Shown piece after piece: positions 18,858 to 29,660 of a stretch of 64,000 nt of DNA. The DNA is from Bacteriovoracia bacterium. GTDB taxonomy: Bacteria > Bdellovibrionota > Bacteriovoracia > Bacteriovoracales > Bacteriovoracaceae. A model generated the notes under the pieces. It saw only the letters and a program-made list of their open reading frames with translations, was not told the origin of the DNA and did no database searches. The position numbers and the translations under genes are program-made. The stretch is from assembly GCA_046570105.1 (NCBI GenBank), contig JBKHVI010000003.1, forward strand, positions 32,001 to 96,000, given 5' to 3'. The first letter of the stretch is position 1, and the number at the start of each line of letters is the position of its first letter.

Positions 18858-19810
18858 TTACTTAAATCTTCGCTTGGAAAAGTTATCTCAAATCTCAGCC
18901 CACCTAGCGAGGACTGTCCTAACTTGAGCTCTCCTCGATGTTCATCCAAGCATGCTTTTACCGAGATAAGCCCTAGCCCCGTCCCAGTAGACTTAGTCGT
19001 ATAGAAAGGCTCAAAGATTTGATCGTACTTTTCTGGTGGAATACCTTTGCCATTGTCCTCGATAGAAAACTTTATCGCTTCAGCCTTATCTTGAGCCAAA
19101 GTGATTCTTATCTCAGGATTTACAGTATGAGCATTAGCCGCTTCAGCTGCATTCAAAATGAGATTCAATATCATTTGATGTATTAAAACGGAGCGACCTT
19201 TAAAACTGAAAGAGCCCGCTGATACCTCAGTGTCAAGCTTGCATCTCATCAGTGCCTTATGATGAGATGCGATCTCGACACATTCGCTCAGTACAGAAGA
19301 AAAATTGAAACTCTCAATGCGCCCCATTTCGGAATTACTGGCGGTTTTTAACTTTTTCATCATTTCGATGAGACGATCTGTAGAGGCGCGCAGTTTAACT
19401 AGCGCATCTTGTGTCTCAGTACTATGGCCATTTAAGCTCAGCACATGCTCCACACGCAGCGTGATGATACTTAAAAGATTATTCGCATCATGGGCCAGAC
19501 ATGAAGCCAGCATCCCCGCAGCGGCCTTGCTCTCGGACTTGAGTAATGCCTCTCTCTCGCGCATAAGACGAAGGCCATCTTGGAAAATCTTTTGAAAAAG
19601 GATGTAGCAGAAAATAAAAAGACCTAAAGAGGAAAAGAACATGAAGCCTAGTCCCTTATACATCTCTAACTTTTCAAGCACCTCTTTAGTAGGCGCCATG
19701 CTGGCAACAATCTTTCCAGAAGTCAGAATATAAAGAGAAGCGAGGATGAAATATCCCACTGAGATGAACACAGTATATTTTAGGGGCTTACTCATGGCTA
19801 AATTCTTCAC
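18854..19810 (-). CDS. Membrane sensor histidine kinase
   Basis: Two TMs, H-box AHDANNLL, NLILNAAEA, DNGKG, FYTTK, GTGLGL. Confidence 0.9.
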   Translation of the reverse strand: MKNLAMSKPLKYTVFISVGYFILASLYILTSGKIVASMAPTKEVLEKLEMYKGLGFMFFSSLGLFIFCYILFQKIFQDGLRLMREREALLKSESKAAAGMLASCLAHDANNLLSIITLRVEHVLSLNGHSTETQDALVKLRASTDRLIEMMKKLKTASNSEMGRIESFNFSSVLSECVEIASHHKALMRCKLDTEVSAGSFSFKGRSVLIHQMILNLILNAAEAANAHTVNPEIRITLAQDKAEAIKFSIEDNGKGIPPEKYDQIFEPFYTTKSTGTGLGLISVKACLDEHRGELKLGQSSLGGLRFEITFPSEDLSK

Positions 19811-19859
19811 CGCACAAGCTTAGTTCATGAATGTGGATGGAGACAATTAAAGGTCAGCG

Positions 19860-19892
19860 CAAAAAAAAAGCTCCCTGGTGAAGGGAGCTTTT
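19860..19892 (-). terminator. Intrinsic terminator downstream of tRNA-Leu
   Basis: Minus strand AAAAGCTCCCT-tcacc-AGGGAGCTTTTTTTTTT. Confidence 0.85.
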
Positions 19893-19929
19893 CATTTTAA
19901 CAATCGCCAGAGGCGATTAAATTAAAAAG

Positions 19930-20012
19930 TGGTGCCCGGTGAGGGACTCGAACCCCCACGATCACTCACCAGATCCTAAGTCTGGCGTGTCTACCAATTC
20001 CACCAACCGGGC
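19930..20012 (-). tRNA. tRNA-Leu(TAG)
   Basis: Acceptor stem GCCCGGT/ACCGGGC, anticodon arm CCAGA-CTTAGGA-TCTGG, GGTTCGAGTCC T-arm, encoded CCA. Confidence 0.97.
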
Positions 20013-20065
20013 AATTAGGGAGCCAGAATAAAGGGAAGATGAGATTTAGGCAAGAGTAAGGCGCT

Positions 20066-23000
20066 TTAAGCTGCTTTTTTGCCCGGAGCAGCAGGCTTCG
20101 CTTTGGCCTTTTCCATGTCTTTTTTAAGCTTTTCCAGCATGTTTTTGAGGGCGGTATTCTCCGCGCGGGCCTTGTTAATCTCTTTTTTAGCTTCACCCAA
20201 CTGATTGGTTGCTGCAGCAAAATCAGCAGAAAGCTTTTTAACTGTCGCATCCATTTGGGCCATTTTGCCTTTGGTGGCCTGGTCACCTGCACCACCACCT
20301 GCTGCCGACTTGGCCAGCATGCCTGTGAGTTCAGCTACTTTTTGCTCTAACTCTTTAATGTTTAACTCGTACTTACCGGCCTTCTGAGTTTGTTGCTTCA
20401 AATCTTCCTGCAAACCGGCAATCGCCTTCTCATGGGCATCGTTCTTAGCGATTGGTGTCGCCATCACTGGACCAGTTGTCGAGAGAGCAGATTTGAGGGC
20501 CTCTTCAAGTCGTTTTCTTTCTCCGCGCAAGCGTGCAAGCTCAGCTTGATCAAGATCAATCCGACTCTTCATCTTAGTCATTTCTTTTTGAGTTGTCTGC
20601 AAAGCGACTTCAGCACGCTGTTTCTCCAGCATGACTTTTCTCACATCTTCATCTTTTTTAGGATTAGCGCCACCGTTTTGCTTTTCTAGGTTTGTCGCCA
20701 TCGACGTGAGTTTGTTCTTATAGACTTCAACTAAGCGAGTAAGCGATTGCTTCTCTTGCTCAAGAGCACGAAGTTTTTGTGCTTGAGTAGCTTGTTGTGT
20801 ATTGGCCTGTGAACCAATCAAATCGGAAATCTTCGTATTTAGATCTTTGATCTCTTTGTCTTTTTTGACCAAGATTATAGAAAGACCATCTTTGGCTTTT
20901 TGCACAACTAGATCACGAGATTTAAGTGCACGATTGGCCTTCTCAATTTCTTGGGCAAAGAAAGCATCTTTCTTCTGCATTTCAATTTTAGCTTTCTTGA
21001 TATCTTGTTCTGCTTGCTTGGCAGCTGTGATGATTTTTTGTTCACGCTCAAGAGCCTCTTTCAAGCGTTCGGTATCGCGAGGATCAATTTCTTTTCCGCT
21101 GGCAAGATCTTGGATGATCTGAATTTTTTCTGCAACCGGAATAATCTCTACTTCTGGTACCACCGCTGATTCGGCCATTTCTTTAGCTTCAATACGCGCT
21201 GATTCCTGGGCTTTCTGCTCCAATTGATGGACTTGAATTCGAGAGTCTTTGAGCACTCTGATTTCCGTTTTCGCCGCTTCTAACTGTCCCTTAGTCGCAT
21301 TGAAATCTGCTTCTACTTGACGTAATTTCTGGATTAAAATGGCATTGGCCGCATCGTTTTGCACCACTTGCTCTTCACCTGCTTGCGGCGCTGGAGCAAC
21401 AAACAAGCGCTGAATAACTTGCTCCCCTTCCATCTTCTTCACTTCTTCATGTGAGCTATGAAGGATCGTTTTAACTTCTTCTTCACTTTCATGCAGTGTA
21501 TGTGACAGGGCCTTGATAAGGCTTTCCTCTCCTACGCCTGAATTATTTTGCACTGCTGAGCGCACTGATTCTTTCACAACAGTTCTAAGTAATTTTTCTT
21601 GTTCCTCAGGAGTGATTATTCCTGCCACTTCATCAGGAGTTTTCCCCGGGAACATGGTGGCCATTTTCGTCTTGAGTGACTCTTGGAAATTTGCTCTGAA
21701 CTGATAATCGGGCAGCTCAGGTAAAACCGTTTCCGGAATAACAAATGCCTCATCAACGGTTACAAAATCTGCAATAACTTTTGGTAATTCTGTTTGACTG
21801 AAAAGTTGCAAATCACTCGATGTGAGTCGATCAAGAGTTTGACCCATCTTGCTAGCAAATCTCTCGAGGCTATGTTTAATTTTATCAGGAGCGGCATTTT
21901 GCACGAGACCCGTTTTGACTTTCCAGTCACCCTTAACTTCTTCTCCGATACCTTGACTCACACGCATGATGAAGTCATTAGCACTCATGGGTGATCCCTT
22001 AATCACCTGATCGCCCACTTCTTCTTCAATACCACCTGTTACACGTTGAATAAGTTCATCGCGAGCAGCTGCTCCTTTGACCATGATGGCAGCTTCGTCT
22101 TCACCCTCTCCACCACCCACGACAACTGGTACATCAGGAGCTTCGACTCCACCTTTAACCAATTGAGCAAGATCGGCTTCATCTAAGCTGCCTGAGATTT
22201 TCTCGGCTACTTTTTCTGCAAAGCTATCACTCAGTTTCTTTTGGAAATCATCGTCATGTTTGAGATCACCACGGACTCTTTCAATTTGCTGTTCATAGGC
22301 TTTTGAAACGTTATTTTTTCTGACTCGATCAATGACGTGTTGAATGTCACTCTCTACGAGATTCGCAATTTGTTCAGAGTCATAAAACTCAGTCAGCAGA
22401 TCCATCATCTGGTTTTCTGAGACTTCAGCAATTTCTTTTTCAGGATAGCGAACTTTCCATTGATCAATTACAAATCCAACCAATTGTTTAGCCAAATCTG
22501 GATGATCTTTTAGATAGCCCTCATGTCCTGTTTCAGGCATGACCATTTCAAGCAAATGTCCTGGTAATGGCTTATCTTTAATTTGCTCAGCATTGAGTTC
22601 CATCCCCGCGACAGTTTCACGTGGGACTTGGTGCAATTGATACTCAATTTGGCGCTCGATCTGGGCAGTGGTCTGAATATGATTCATCATGAGGCCACTA
22701 AATCTCAGAGTGCGAACACCTTTGCGATTTTGCCAAAGACCAGTGATGACCAGCTTAGATGCCGTCTGAATATATTGGATTTCAGTAAAGTCAGCGCTGT
22801 GCATACAGATTGCCAAGAGATAGCGCAATGGATCCTGTCCATTAGGTTGTCCGAAACTGTCCATCAAGTACTCGGCCACGTAGTTTTTAACCGGCAAATG
22901 AATTTGCACAATTGTTTCATGGCCTGTGTGTCCACAATCGACTTCAAACGGGGCCCCAGCAATGCCGGCCTGTTTTAAATACACTAGATAATAAATAGCA

Positions 23001-23494
23001 TGATCAATAAAGGTACGAACGTTTACGACCGCTCCATCCCGAGAATGAACGAAATGAGCTAAGCGATCCAGCTCTGAGCCAATACGCATATGATTGGTAA
23101 TCTTGCAGCTCATGCCCTCTTTGATACTTGGGAAATTCTCTGCAAGCTGAACACTCGCTTGTCCTTGGAAGAATTTCTCCAAGGTCACCTGGCCCATCTT
23201 TTCAGTCAGCCATTTCTGATCCAAAACGAAACGGCCATTGTTGGTAATAAAAGAAGGAAGATCCTTAACTGCTGTTAGGGCGATGATCTTGATGTCATTT
23301 TCAAGAGTATTAAACATGCGATTCATGGCATGGAAATCTTGATCGCCTGAAGCACAAATATGTGTGATCTCCATATTCATTTCAAATTCAGCAAGACCAA
23401 CCGTTTTGGCGTTAATTTTCTCAAAGAACTCCATGAGTTCCCCAGAGGCTTCACCCGAATGGAGGAGAACGATTAGTGGACGCGTGACGCTCAT
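20066..23494 (-). CDS. Large hypothetical protein with C-terminal coiled coil
   Basis: 1142 aa from ATG 23494 (ATGA overlap, GGAGG RBS); globular N-terminus, short V-K-G repeats, long heptad-rich C-terminal part. Confidence 0.75.
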   Translation of the reverse strand: MSVTRPLIVLLHSGEASGELMEFFEKINAKTVGLAEFEMNMEITHICASGDQDFHAMNRMFNTLENDIKIIALTAVKDLPSFITNNGRFVLDQKWLTEKMGQVTLEKFFQGQASVQLAENFPSIKEGMSCKITNHMRIGSELDRLAHFVHSRDGAVVNVRTFIDHAIYYLVYLKQAGIAGAPFEVDCGHTGHETIVQIHLPVKNYVAEYLMDSFGQPNGQDPLRYLLAICMHSADFTEIQYIQTASKLVITGLWQNRKGVRTLRFSGLMMNHIQTTAQIERQIEYQLHQVPRETVAGMELNAEQIKDKPLPGHLLEMVMPETGHEGYLKDHPDLAKQLVGFVIDQWKVRYPEKEIAEVSENQMMDLLTEFYDSEQIANLVESDIQHVIDRVRKNNVSKAYEQQIERVRGDLKHDDDFQKKLSDSFAEKVAEKISGSLDEADLAQLVKGGVEAPDVPVVVGGGEGEDEAAIMVKGAAARDELIQRVTGGIEEEVGDQVIKGSPMSANDFIMRVSQGIGEEVKGDWKVKTGLVQNAAPDKIKHSLERFASKMGQTLDRLTSSDLQLFSQTELPKVIADFVTVDEAFVIPETVLPELPDYQFRANFQESLKTKMATMFPGKTPDEVAGIITPEEQEKLLRTVVKESVRSAVQNNSGVGEESLIKALSHTLHESEEEVKTILHSSHEEVKKMEGEQVIQRLFVAPAPQAGEEQVVQNDAANAILIQKLRQVEADFNATKGQLEAAKTEIRVLKDSRIQVHQLEQKAQESARIEAKEMAESAVVPEVEIIPVAEKIQIIQDLASGKEIDPRDTERLKEALEREQKIITAAKQAEQDIKKAKIEMQKKDAFFAQEIEKANRALKSRDLVVQKAKDGLSIILVKKDKEIKDLNTKISDLIGSQANTQQATQAQKLRALEQEKQSLTRLVEVYKNKLTSMATNLEKQNGGANPKKDEDVRKVMLEKQRAEVALQTTQKEMTKMKSRIDLDQAELARLRGERKRLEEALKSALSTTGPVMATPIAKNDAHEKAIAGLQEDLKQQTQKAGKYELNIKELEQKVAELTGMLAKSAAGGGAGDQATKGKMAQMDATVKKLSADFAAATNQLGEAKKEINKARAENTALKNMLEKLKKDMEKAKAKPAAPGKKAA

Positions 23495-24531
23495 GCCGCC
23501 ACCTCCACTGCTTTGGGAATTCTGAACCAAAGTTTAATTTTCGCAAGAATACCTTTCACCGGTAGATTCTCAACAGGCTTAGCTTGATAACGGGCCCAAA
23601 GATGACCAAAGCTCTGACTTAAATCCTTTTCAAGAACTTCTTCTTGGTAATCCACCATATTGTCGGCCAACATCATTAATGTCTGCCAATCTGAGAGCAC
23701 CGAGAATGTCATGCCTTCAGGAAAACCAGTTCCATCAGCTTTTTCATGATGATGAAGGATGCTGGTAATGAGTTCAGGAAAAATATACTGAGCTTCAAAT
23801 TGCTCTCTGACTCGATCGTAACCCATACGCGGATGTTCTAAGAAAAGTTCAACTTCCTCTTTGCCCGCATTTTTCTCTTTTAACAAAAGATCACCTGCGC
23901 CAGGAGAGAACTTCTCTGCTTGGCAAGCAAGTGCAACCCAATAGCTAAAATGCTCACTCAGTAAGCCAATATCTAATAGCCAGCCCGTGAGATAAATATC
24001 TTTCAAAAACTGTGTATCTTCATAACCAGCAGCGATACTTACCAACACTGCCAAAGAAGAAACCATCAAGCCACGACGATAGAGCACCACATGGCCCGCT
24101 TGAAATTCTTCAATAATATTTTGATCAACAGGGAAAAGAGAATAACAAGCAAAAGCCCAATCGAGCATGCACAGCCCACCATCAGGACGCAGACCTAGCC
24201 GAAGAGATGAAATAAATTGTTCGCGCTTATGTTCAATCTCGTTTGGATCTTGAGCAAGATCCCACTGATTGAATAGTTCTTTAAGATTTTCAACTGCCGC
24301 AAGATTGATCAGTGGTTTCCAGAGCAGATTTGCTGAAGTGGCAAACTTCTTTTTCCAATTCTCTTCTAAAACATCCCCAGCACGTTTAAGTCGAAGAGTT
24401 TTTCCTGAATGTGTTTTTAAAAATATATCTCCGGGCGCAATTTTCCATTGCGACAACACTGCACCCTCAATCGGATGCAACGAACTTTCATTTACTGAAA
24501 GCTGAGTTTGATTTTTAGTTGAGGTCGACAC
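23491..24531 (-). CDS. Degenerate HD-GYP domain protein
   Basis: HHHEKADGTGFPEG and LADNM retained; HD replaced by LD (WLLDIG); GTG 24531 preceded by GAAGGAGG. Confidence 0.75.
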   Translation of the reverse strand: MSTSTKNQTQLSVNESSLHPIEGAVLSQWKIAPGDIFLKTHSGKTLRLKRAGDVLEENWKKKFATSANLLWKPLINLAAVENLKELFNQWDLAQDPNEIEHKREQFISSLRLGLRPDGGLCMLDWAFACYSLFPVDQNIIEEFQAGHVVLYRRGLMVSSLAVLVSIAAGYEDTQFLKDIYLTGWLLDIGLLSEHFSYWVALACQAEKFSPGAGDLLLKEKNAGKEEVELFLEHPRMGYDRVREQFEAQYIFPELITSILHHHEKADGTGFPEGMTFSVLSDWQTLMMLADNMVDYQEEVLEKDLSQSFGHLWARYQAKPVENLPVKGILAKIKLWFRIPKAVEVAA

Positions 24532-24691
24532 AGTGCCTGACCCTCCTTCACTCAAAGCTTTTCGGTAAAAAACCTAATAAAATCGAGGAAAACTTAACTC
24601 TTGAGTAGACAGCTACAGTATGTGTGTTTGTGAATAGACGAGTGAGTCCCTGAGATTTATCATTAGCAAAACGCTAACCTTTAAGGCCTCG

Positions 24692-26122
24692 ATGACTCCT
24701 TTAGATTCGCTTATTATAGCCGCTTATATCTCTCTGATTTTCTATATGGCCTGGCGAGTGGGACGCGGAAATCATAAATCAACGAGCACTGCCGAGTCTC
24801 AGTATCTGGCGAATCGAAGCCTCAGCTTTACCGAATCAATTTGCTCCATTATTGCTACCGAGGTTTCTGCTCTGACATTTTTAGGCATTCCCGCCTTCGC
24901 TTTTAATCAAAATTTCAGCTTTGTTCAGATTTATTTTGGCGCGATTGCAGGACGCCTACTCGTGGCGCTTTTCTTTCTACCTAAGATTTACGGCAAGGGA
25001 CTGACGATTTATGAAGTGATGGCACAGGGTACACAAGGAGCCACCGGCCGACGTGTGGTGGGAATTTTCTATGCTATCAGCAAAGTTTTTTCTGTCGGTG
25101 TTCGCCTCTTCTCCGGCTCAATCTTAGTCTCTACATTTATGGGAGTGAACGTTTATATCGGACTTGCTGCTGTTACGTTTATTACTTTTTTCTACACACT
25201 GATTGGCGGACTTAAAGCAGTCGTACGAACTGATATTTTACAGATGTCTTTATTCATTCTCGGTGGCATCGCGGCTCACTATTTGATTCCCAATGTCGCC
25301 AATCAATCTTGGGGTGAGATGATGTCGCTTGCCCATGCTGCTGGCAAAACAACAATATTTGATATCACTCAGCCATGGAGTATTGTAGCGGGCCTTTTAG
25401 GTGGTATTTTGTTTGATATGTCGACTCATGGTGTGGATCAGGACTTTGCTCAACGCCTCACCGCCAATGCTTCTCTTAAGCGTGGTCAGCAAGCCATCTT
25501 CTTCTCATCATTTATTTCTATCAGTGTGGGTTTATTATTCTTAGGTGTGGGAGCTTTGTTATGGAGCTACTACCAAACTCATCCCTTCCCTAGTGATATT
25601 CCCAATGCCGATCATTTATTCGCGCATTTTATTGTGAATTATTTTCCTCAAGGCATGAAAGGCCTGATGGTCGCAGGTGTCTTGGCCGCCACCATGAGTA
25701 CTCTTGATTCAACTATCAACGCACTCTGTGCCACGCTTTATAATGATATTTTGCCTAAGCGCTCTAAGCTCTCTATTGGCCAATATTTTATGATCGATAA
25801 TATTGCTATCACATTATTGCTCTTTAGCGTTGCTGTCGTAGCTTCTCAAAATGATGGTCTCTTAATGCTCGGTCTTAAAATTCAATCTTGGACTGCCGGC
25901 GCTCTTTTAAGTCTCTTTATGTCTTATGTGATTTTCAAGCGTCATTTCCACTCTCCGTTTGATAGCGGCACAGTCGTTCTCGCTTATGTTTTTGGCGTCG
26001 GGGGCGTGGCACTCAATACCATGGTGATCCAAGGTAACTGGAACTGGAATACGTACTATGGTTGTGGTTTTGGCATGCTGGCGCTCTTTCTTTTAGGAAA
26101 GCTGCGCCAGCAAAAAAATTAA
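24692..26122 (+). CDS. Sodium:solute symporter (SSS) family transporter
   Basis: [42 protein letters not shown]. Confidence 0.92.
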   Translation: MTPLDSLIIAAYISLIFYMAWRVGRGNHKSTSTAESQYLANRSLSFTESICSIIATEVSALTFLGIPAFAFNQNFSFVQIYFGAIAGRLLVALFFLPKIYGKGLTIYEVMAQGTQGATGRRVVGIFYAISKVFSVGVRLFSGSILVSTFMGVNVYIGLAAVTFITFFYTLIGGLKAVVRTDILQMSLFILGGIAAHYLIPNVANQSWGEMMSLAHAAGKTTIFDITQPWSIVAGLLGGILFDMSTHGVDQDFAQRLTANASLKRGQQAIFFSSFISISVGLLFLGVGALLWSYYQTHPFPSDIPNADHLFAHFIVNYFPQGMKGLMVAGVLAATMSTLDSTINALCATLYNDILPKRSKLSIGQYFMIDNIAITLLLFSVAVVASQNDGLLMLGLKIQSWTAGALLSLFMSYVIFKRHFHSPFDSGTVVLAYVFGVGGVALNTMVIQGNWNWNTYYGCGFGMLALFLLGKLRQQKN

Positions 26123-27843
26123 GATAGGAATGACTCGAGATTTTTCGGAAGGCCCTTAGGGATCGCTCCCAAAAGAGTCTTGGTGTATTCTTCGCGAGGT
26201 TGGCGATAGATACGATCGGCATTACCCATCTCAACCAAACGACCACCGTTCATCACGCCCACTTCATCAGAAATGAAATTCACCACACCGAGATCGTGAG
26301 AGATGAAAATATATGTGAGCTTGAACTCTTGCTGAAGATCCAAAAGAAGATTCAACACTTGCGCCTGAATCGACACATCAAGAGCAGAAACTGACTCATC
26401 ACAGATAACAAATTCCGGACGAAGCATCAGGGCACGAGCAATACAGATACGCTGACGTTGACCACCTGAGAACTCATGAGGATAACGATTAAGTTGGTTG
26501 GCCTTAAGACCCACTTTCTCCATCAACTCTTTCGCTGCTGAGAGGCGCTCTGATTTTCCACCACCCAAACCGTGAACCACCAAGGGCTCAGTCAAAATCT
26601 CACCCACTGTCATACGAGGATTGAGCGATGAGTAAGGATCTTGGAAAATGATTTGCATCTTACGACGCAACAAACGCATTTCTTCATGCGTCGCTTTAGT
26701 AATATCTTTGCCGTCATAAACGATGCTGCCAGAAGTTGGCTCCACCAGACGAAGAATGGTGCGACCCAAAGTTGTTTTTCCACAACCTGACTCACCCACG
26801 AGACCCAAAGTCTTGCCGCGCTTTAATTGGAAGCTGACTCCGTTAACCGCCTTCACTTCGCCCACCTGACGACCTAAGAGGCCACCCTTAATAGGGAAAT
26901 GCGTGTGAATATCTTTAACTTCTAAAAGAATTGGATTGTTGTTTTTGGCTTCGTAGTCTTTTTCGAACACCTGAACGCGCTCACGAGTCACTTTAAGACC
27001 GTTGCCTTCTTCATCCATAAAATCACTAACAGTCAAAAGACGCTTAGGATTGGCCCCAAGATCCGGACGGCAAGCGATTAGGCCCTTTGTGTAAGGATGA
27101 TGAGAGCTCTCAAAGATAGAGCGAGTTTTATCTTTCTCCACCATTTTTGAGCGATACATCACAACCACATCATCCGCGATATCAGCGATAACGCCGAGAT
27201 CGTGAGTAATGAAGAGCATGCTCATTTTGTGTTTTTCTTGCAGGTTTTTGAGAAGCTCAAGCACTTGCTTTTGAATGGTCACATCCAAAGCAGTCGTTGG
27301 CTCATCACAAATCAAAAGTTTTGGATCACAGGCGATCGCCATGGCAATCATCACGCGTTGTTTTTGACCGCCACTCATTTCATGAGGGTAAGCCATCACT
27401 TTTTGAGATGGATTAGGAATTCCGACTTCATTGAAGAGATCGATGGCTTTTTCCCAAGCGACTTTTTTATTCATCCCACGGTGAAGCATAAGAGTTTCTG
27501 CCACTTGAGCACCTGTTCTAAAAACTGGATTCAAGCTGGTCATCGGCTCTTGGAAAATCATGGCGATTTTATCACCACGGATTTTTCTCATAGCATCGTC
27601 TGAGAGATTGAGAAGATTAGTGCCATCAAACAGGATCTCGCCACTGATACGCGCTGGTGGCTGGGGCAAGAGGCGCATGACTGCAAGCGAGGTCACACTC
27701 TTTCCAGAGCCCGACTCTCCCACGATCCCCACGGTTTTACCCATCGGAACGTCGAAACTTATATTATCAACTGCACGCATCTGATTATCAGGCGTGATGA
27801 AGTCAACAGTGAGGTTCTTAATCGATAGTAAAGGACGGTCCAT
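26119..27843 (-). CDS. Oligopeptide/dipeptide ABC transporter, fused double ATP-binding subunit
   Basis: Two Walker A motifs ([16 protein letters not shown]), two SGGQ signatures. Confidence 0.95.
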   Translation of the reverse strand: MDRPLLSIKNLTVDFITPDNQMRAVDNISFDVPMGKTVGIVGESGSGKSVTSLAVMRLLPQPPARISGEILFDGTNLLNLSDDAMRKIRGDKIAMIFQEPMTSLNPVFRTGAQVAETLMLHRGMNKKVAWEKAIDLFNEVGIPNPSQKVMAYPHEMSGGQKQRVMIAMAIACDPKLLICDEPTTALDVTIQKQVLELLKNLQEKHKMSMLFITHDLGVIADIADDVVVMYRSKMVEKDKTRSIFESSHHPYTKGLIACRPDLGANPKRLLTVSDFMDEEGNGLKVTRERVQVFEKDYEAKNNNPILLEVKDIHTHFPIKGGLLGRQVGEVKAVNGVSFQLKRGKTLGLVGESGCGKTTLGRTILRLVEPTSGSIVYDGKDITKATHEEMRLLRRKMQIIFQDPYSSLNPRMTVGEILTEPLVVHGLGGGKSERLSAAKELMEKVGLKANQLNRYPHEFSGGQRQRICIARALMLRPEFVICDESVSALDVSIQAQVLNLLLDLQQEFKLTYIFISHDLGVVNFISDEVGVMNGGRLVEMGNADRIYRQPREEYTKTLLGAIPKGLPKNLESFLS

Positions 27844-27844
27844 G

Positions 27845-28705
27845 TCACTTCCCTTTGAGTTTCGGATCAAGGGCATCGCGTAGAGCGTCCCCTAGAATGT
27901 TAAAGGCCAAAACAACTACAAACATCGCCGCCGTTGCACCGGCGAGCTGCCACCAAACTCCGCGTGCGAGTTCCATACGAGCATCATCAATCATGGTGCC
28001 CCAGCTTGGCTCACCCTGAACGCCCAAACCTAAATACGAAAGAATGACTTCCGACTTAATCGCAGTTTGGAATTGCAAACTGGTGTTAATAATCACCAAG
28101 TGAGTGACGTTAGGAAGAATGTGAATAAAGAGCTTACGGAAGTGACCGCCGCCAATAGCATCGGCCGCTTGGACATACTCGCGCTCTTTGTGCTTCATAA
28201 CTTCACCACGAATCAAGCGCGCCAGCCCCACCCAACCAGTCATCCCGAGAGCGAGATAGACTGAAGTAAGACCTTTACCCAGGATCAAAGTGATCGAGAT
28301 CAAAAGCATGATATTGGGAATTGAAGAAAATGTTGTAATGAACCAAGTGATAAGATCATCGACCACACCACCGAAGTAGCCCGCCACAGCGCCAAGACAA
28401 ACACCAATAGGAATCGCAATAAGAGAAGTCACAAGACCCACACTCATAGCAATCTTCGTTCCGTGAATAACCTTAGCTAAAACATCACGGCCGAAAAGAT
28501 CTGTTCCGAACCAAAACTGACCACTCGGTGGTAAGTACTCTACGCCTTGGCTGGAATGCCAATCTGGAACACCAATACCGAATGTTGCTAAGACAGCAAC
28601 GAGAGCATAGGTAACCACTATTACGAGAGAGATGAGTGCCCAACGATCTTTTACCAATCGGCTAAAAGCATCGGCCCACAGTGATTTTGTGTCTTGTCCT
28701 TGCAT
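27845..28705 (-). CDS. oppC: Peptide ABC transporter permease (OppC/DppC)
   Basis: [24 protein letters not shown]. Confidence 0.9.
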   Translation of the reverse strand: MQGQDTKSLWADAFSRLVKDRWALISLVIVVTYALVAVLATFGIGVPDWHSSQGVEYLPPSGQFWFGTDLFGRDVLAKVIHGTKIAMSVGLVTSLIAIPIGVCLGAVAGYFGGVVDDLITWFITTFSSIPNIMLLISITLILGKGLTSVYLALGMTGWVGLARLIRGEVMKHKEREYVQAADAIGGGHFRKLFIHILPNVTHLVIINTSLQFQTAIKSEVILSYLGLGVQGEPSWGTMIDDARMELARGVWWQLAGATAAMFVVVLAFNILGDALRDALDPKLKGK

Positions 28706-28712
28706 GATATTC

Positions 28713-29648
28713 CTACTTCAACTTTACGCGTGGATCAGCGAGTGTATAGAGCACATCAGTTAACAGTGAGAAAAGGATATAGGCGACTGATGAAAGTACC
28801 GCCATCGCTTTAATCACCGGGAAATCTGACGAGTTCAGAGCGTTAAGAGTAATTCCACCAAGACCTGGGATTGAGAAAAAACTCTCCAAGAGGAGCGCAC
28901 CCAAAATCAAAAACGGAATTTGAATCACAACATAAGTAATAATCGGAATCATGGCGTTGCGAAGAACGTGCTTTAACAACACCGTCACTTCTCCAAGACC
29001 TTTGGCGCGAGCCGTACGAACATAGTCCTGATAGATCTCGTCCAAGATCACCGTACGGAAGAATCGCACATCAGGGCCTAAGCTCAAGACAATCCAGATA
29101 ATCCCCGGAAGCGCGACATAACTAAAGAAGATAGGAAACTCCGGCTCATAGCCGCTAATTTCAAACCATCCCATTTTGTAAGCAAAGAAATATTGAAAGA
29201 ACAAAATATAAGCCACTGAAGAAATCGACATACCGGCGATACAGAGGAAGCGAATAAATAAGTCGATTCCTTTGCCACGGTAGAATGCCACCACGAGGGA
29301 GAGCAAAATCGACAGTACTGTTGAGATAGCAAAAGCAGGAATAGTAAGAGTTAATGAAGGCCAAGCTCCCTGGCGGATCATCTCAAAAATATCTTGGCGA
29401 GTCGCCCACGAACGACCGAAGTCGAGCGTGAAAGAACTTTTCACAACATCTAGATATTGCGCAAACAGTGGTTTATTCAAACCAAGTTGTTCGCGAAGCT
29501 CATGAATCTGTTGAACTGTCGCATGTTTGCCCAAAAGCAGCGGGGCCGGATCACCTGCCACCACGTTGAACAAGACAAAGATAATAAAGCTCACCCCGAA
29601 GATTACGGGGATGAGATATAAGAGCCTACGGAGGATGTAATTCGTCAT
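28713..29648 (-). CDS. oppB: Peptide ABC transporter permease (OppB/DppB)
   Basis: YILRRLL, GDPA, DYVRTARAKGL, DPRV. Confidence 0.9.
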   Translation of the reverse strand: MTNYILRRLLYLIPVIFGVSFIIFVLFNVVAGDPAPLLLGKHATVQQIHELREQLGLNKPLFAQYLDVVKSSFTLDFGRSWATRQDIFEMIRQGAWPSLTLTIPAFAISTVLSILLSLVVAFYRGKGIDLFIRFLCIAGMSISSVAYILFFQYFFAYKMGWFEISGYEPEFPIFFSYVALPGIIWIVLSLGPDVRFFRTVILDEIYQDYVRTARAKGLGEVTVLLKHVLRNAMIPIITYVVIQIPFLILGALLLESFFSIPGLGGITLNALNSSDFPVIKAMAVLSSVAYILFSLLTDVLYTLADPRVKLK

Positions 29649-29660
29649 CCTGATCCTTCT

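Noticed and set aside
4085..20012. Lipid cluster as a genomic island integrated at tRNA-Leu
   Set aside because: The cluster lies 3' of the tRNA, but there is no integrase and I found no duplicated tRNA 3' end at the left border; the tRNA keeps its own terminator
19966..20298. 110-aa minus-strand ORF
   Set aside because: Overlaps the tRNA and the coiled-coil gene in another frame
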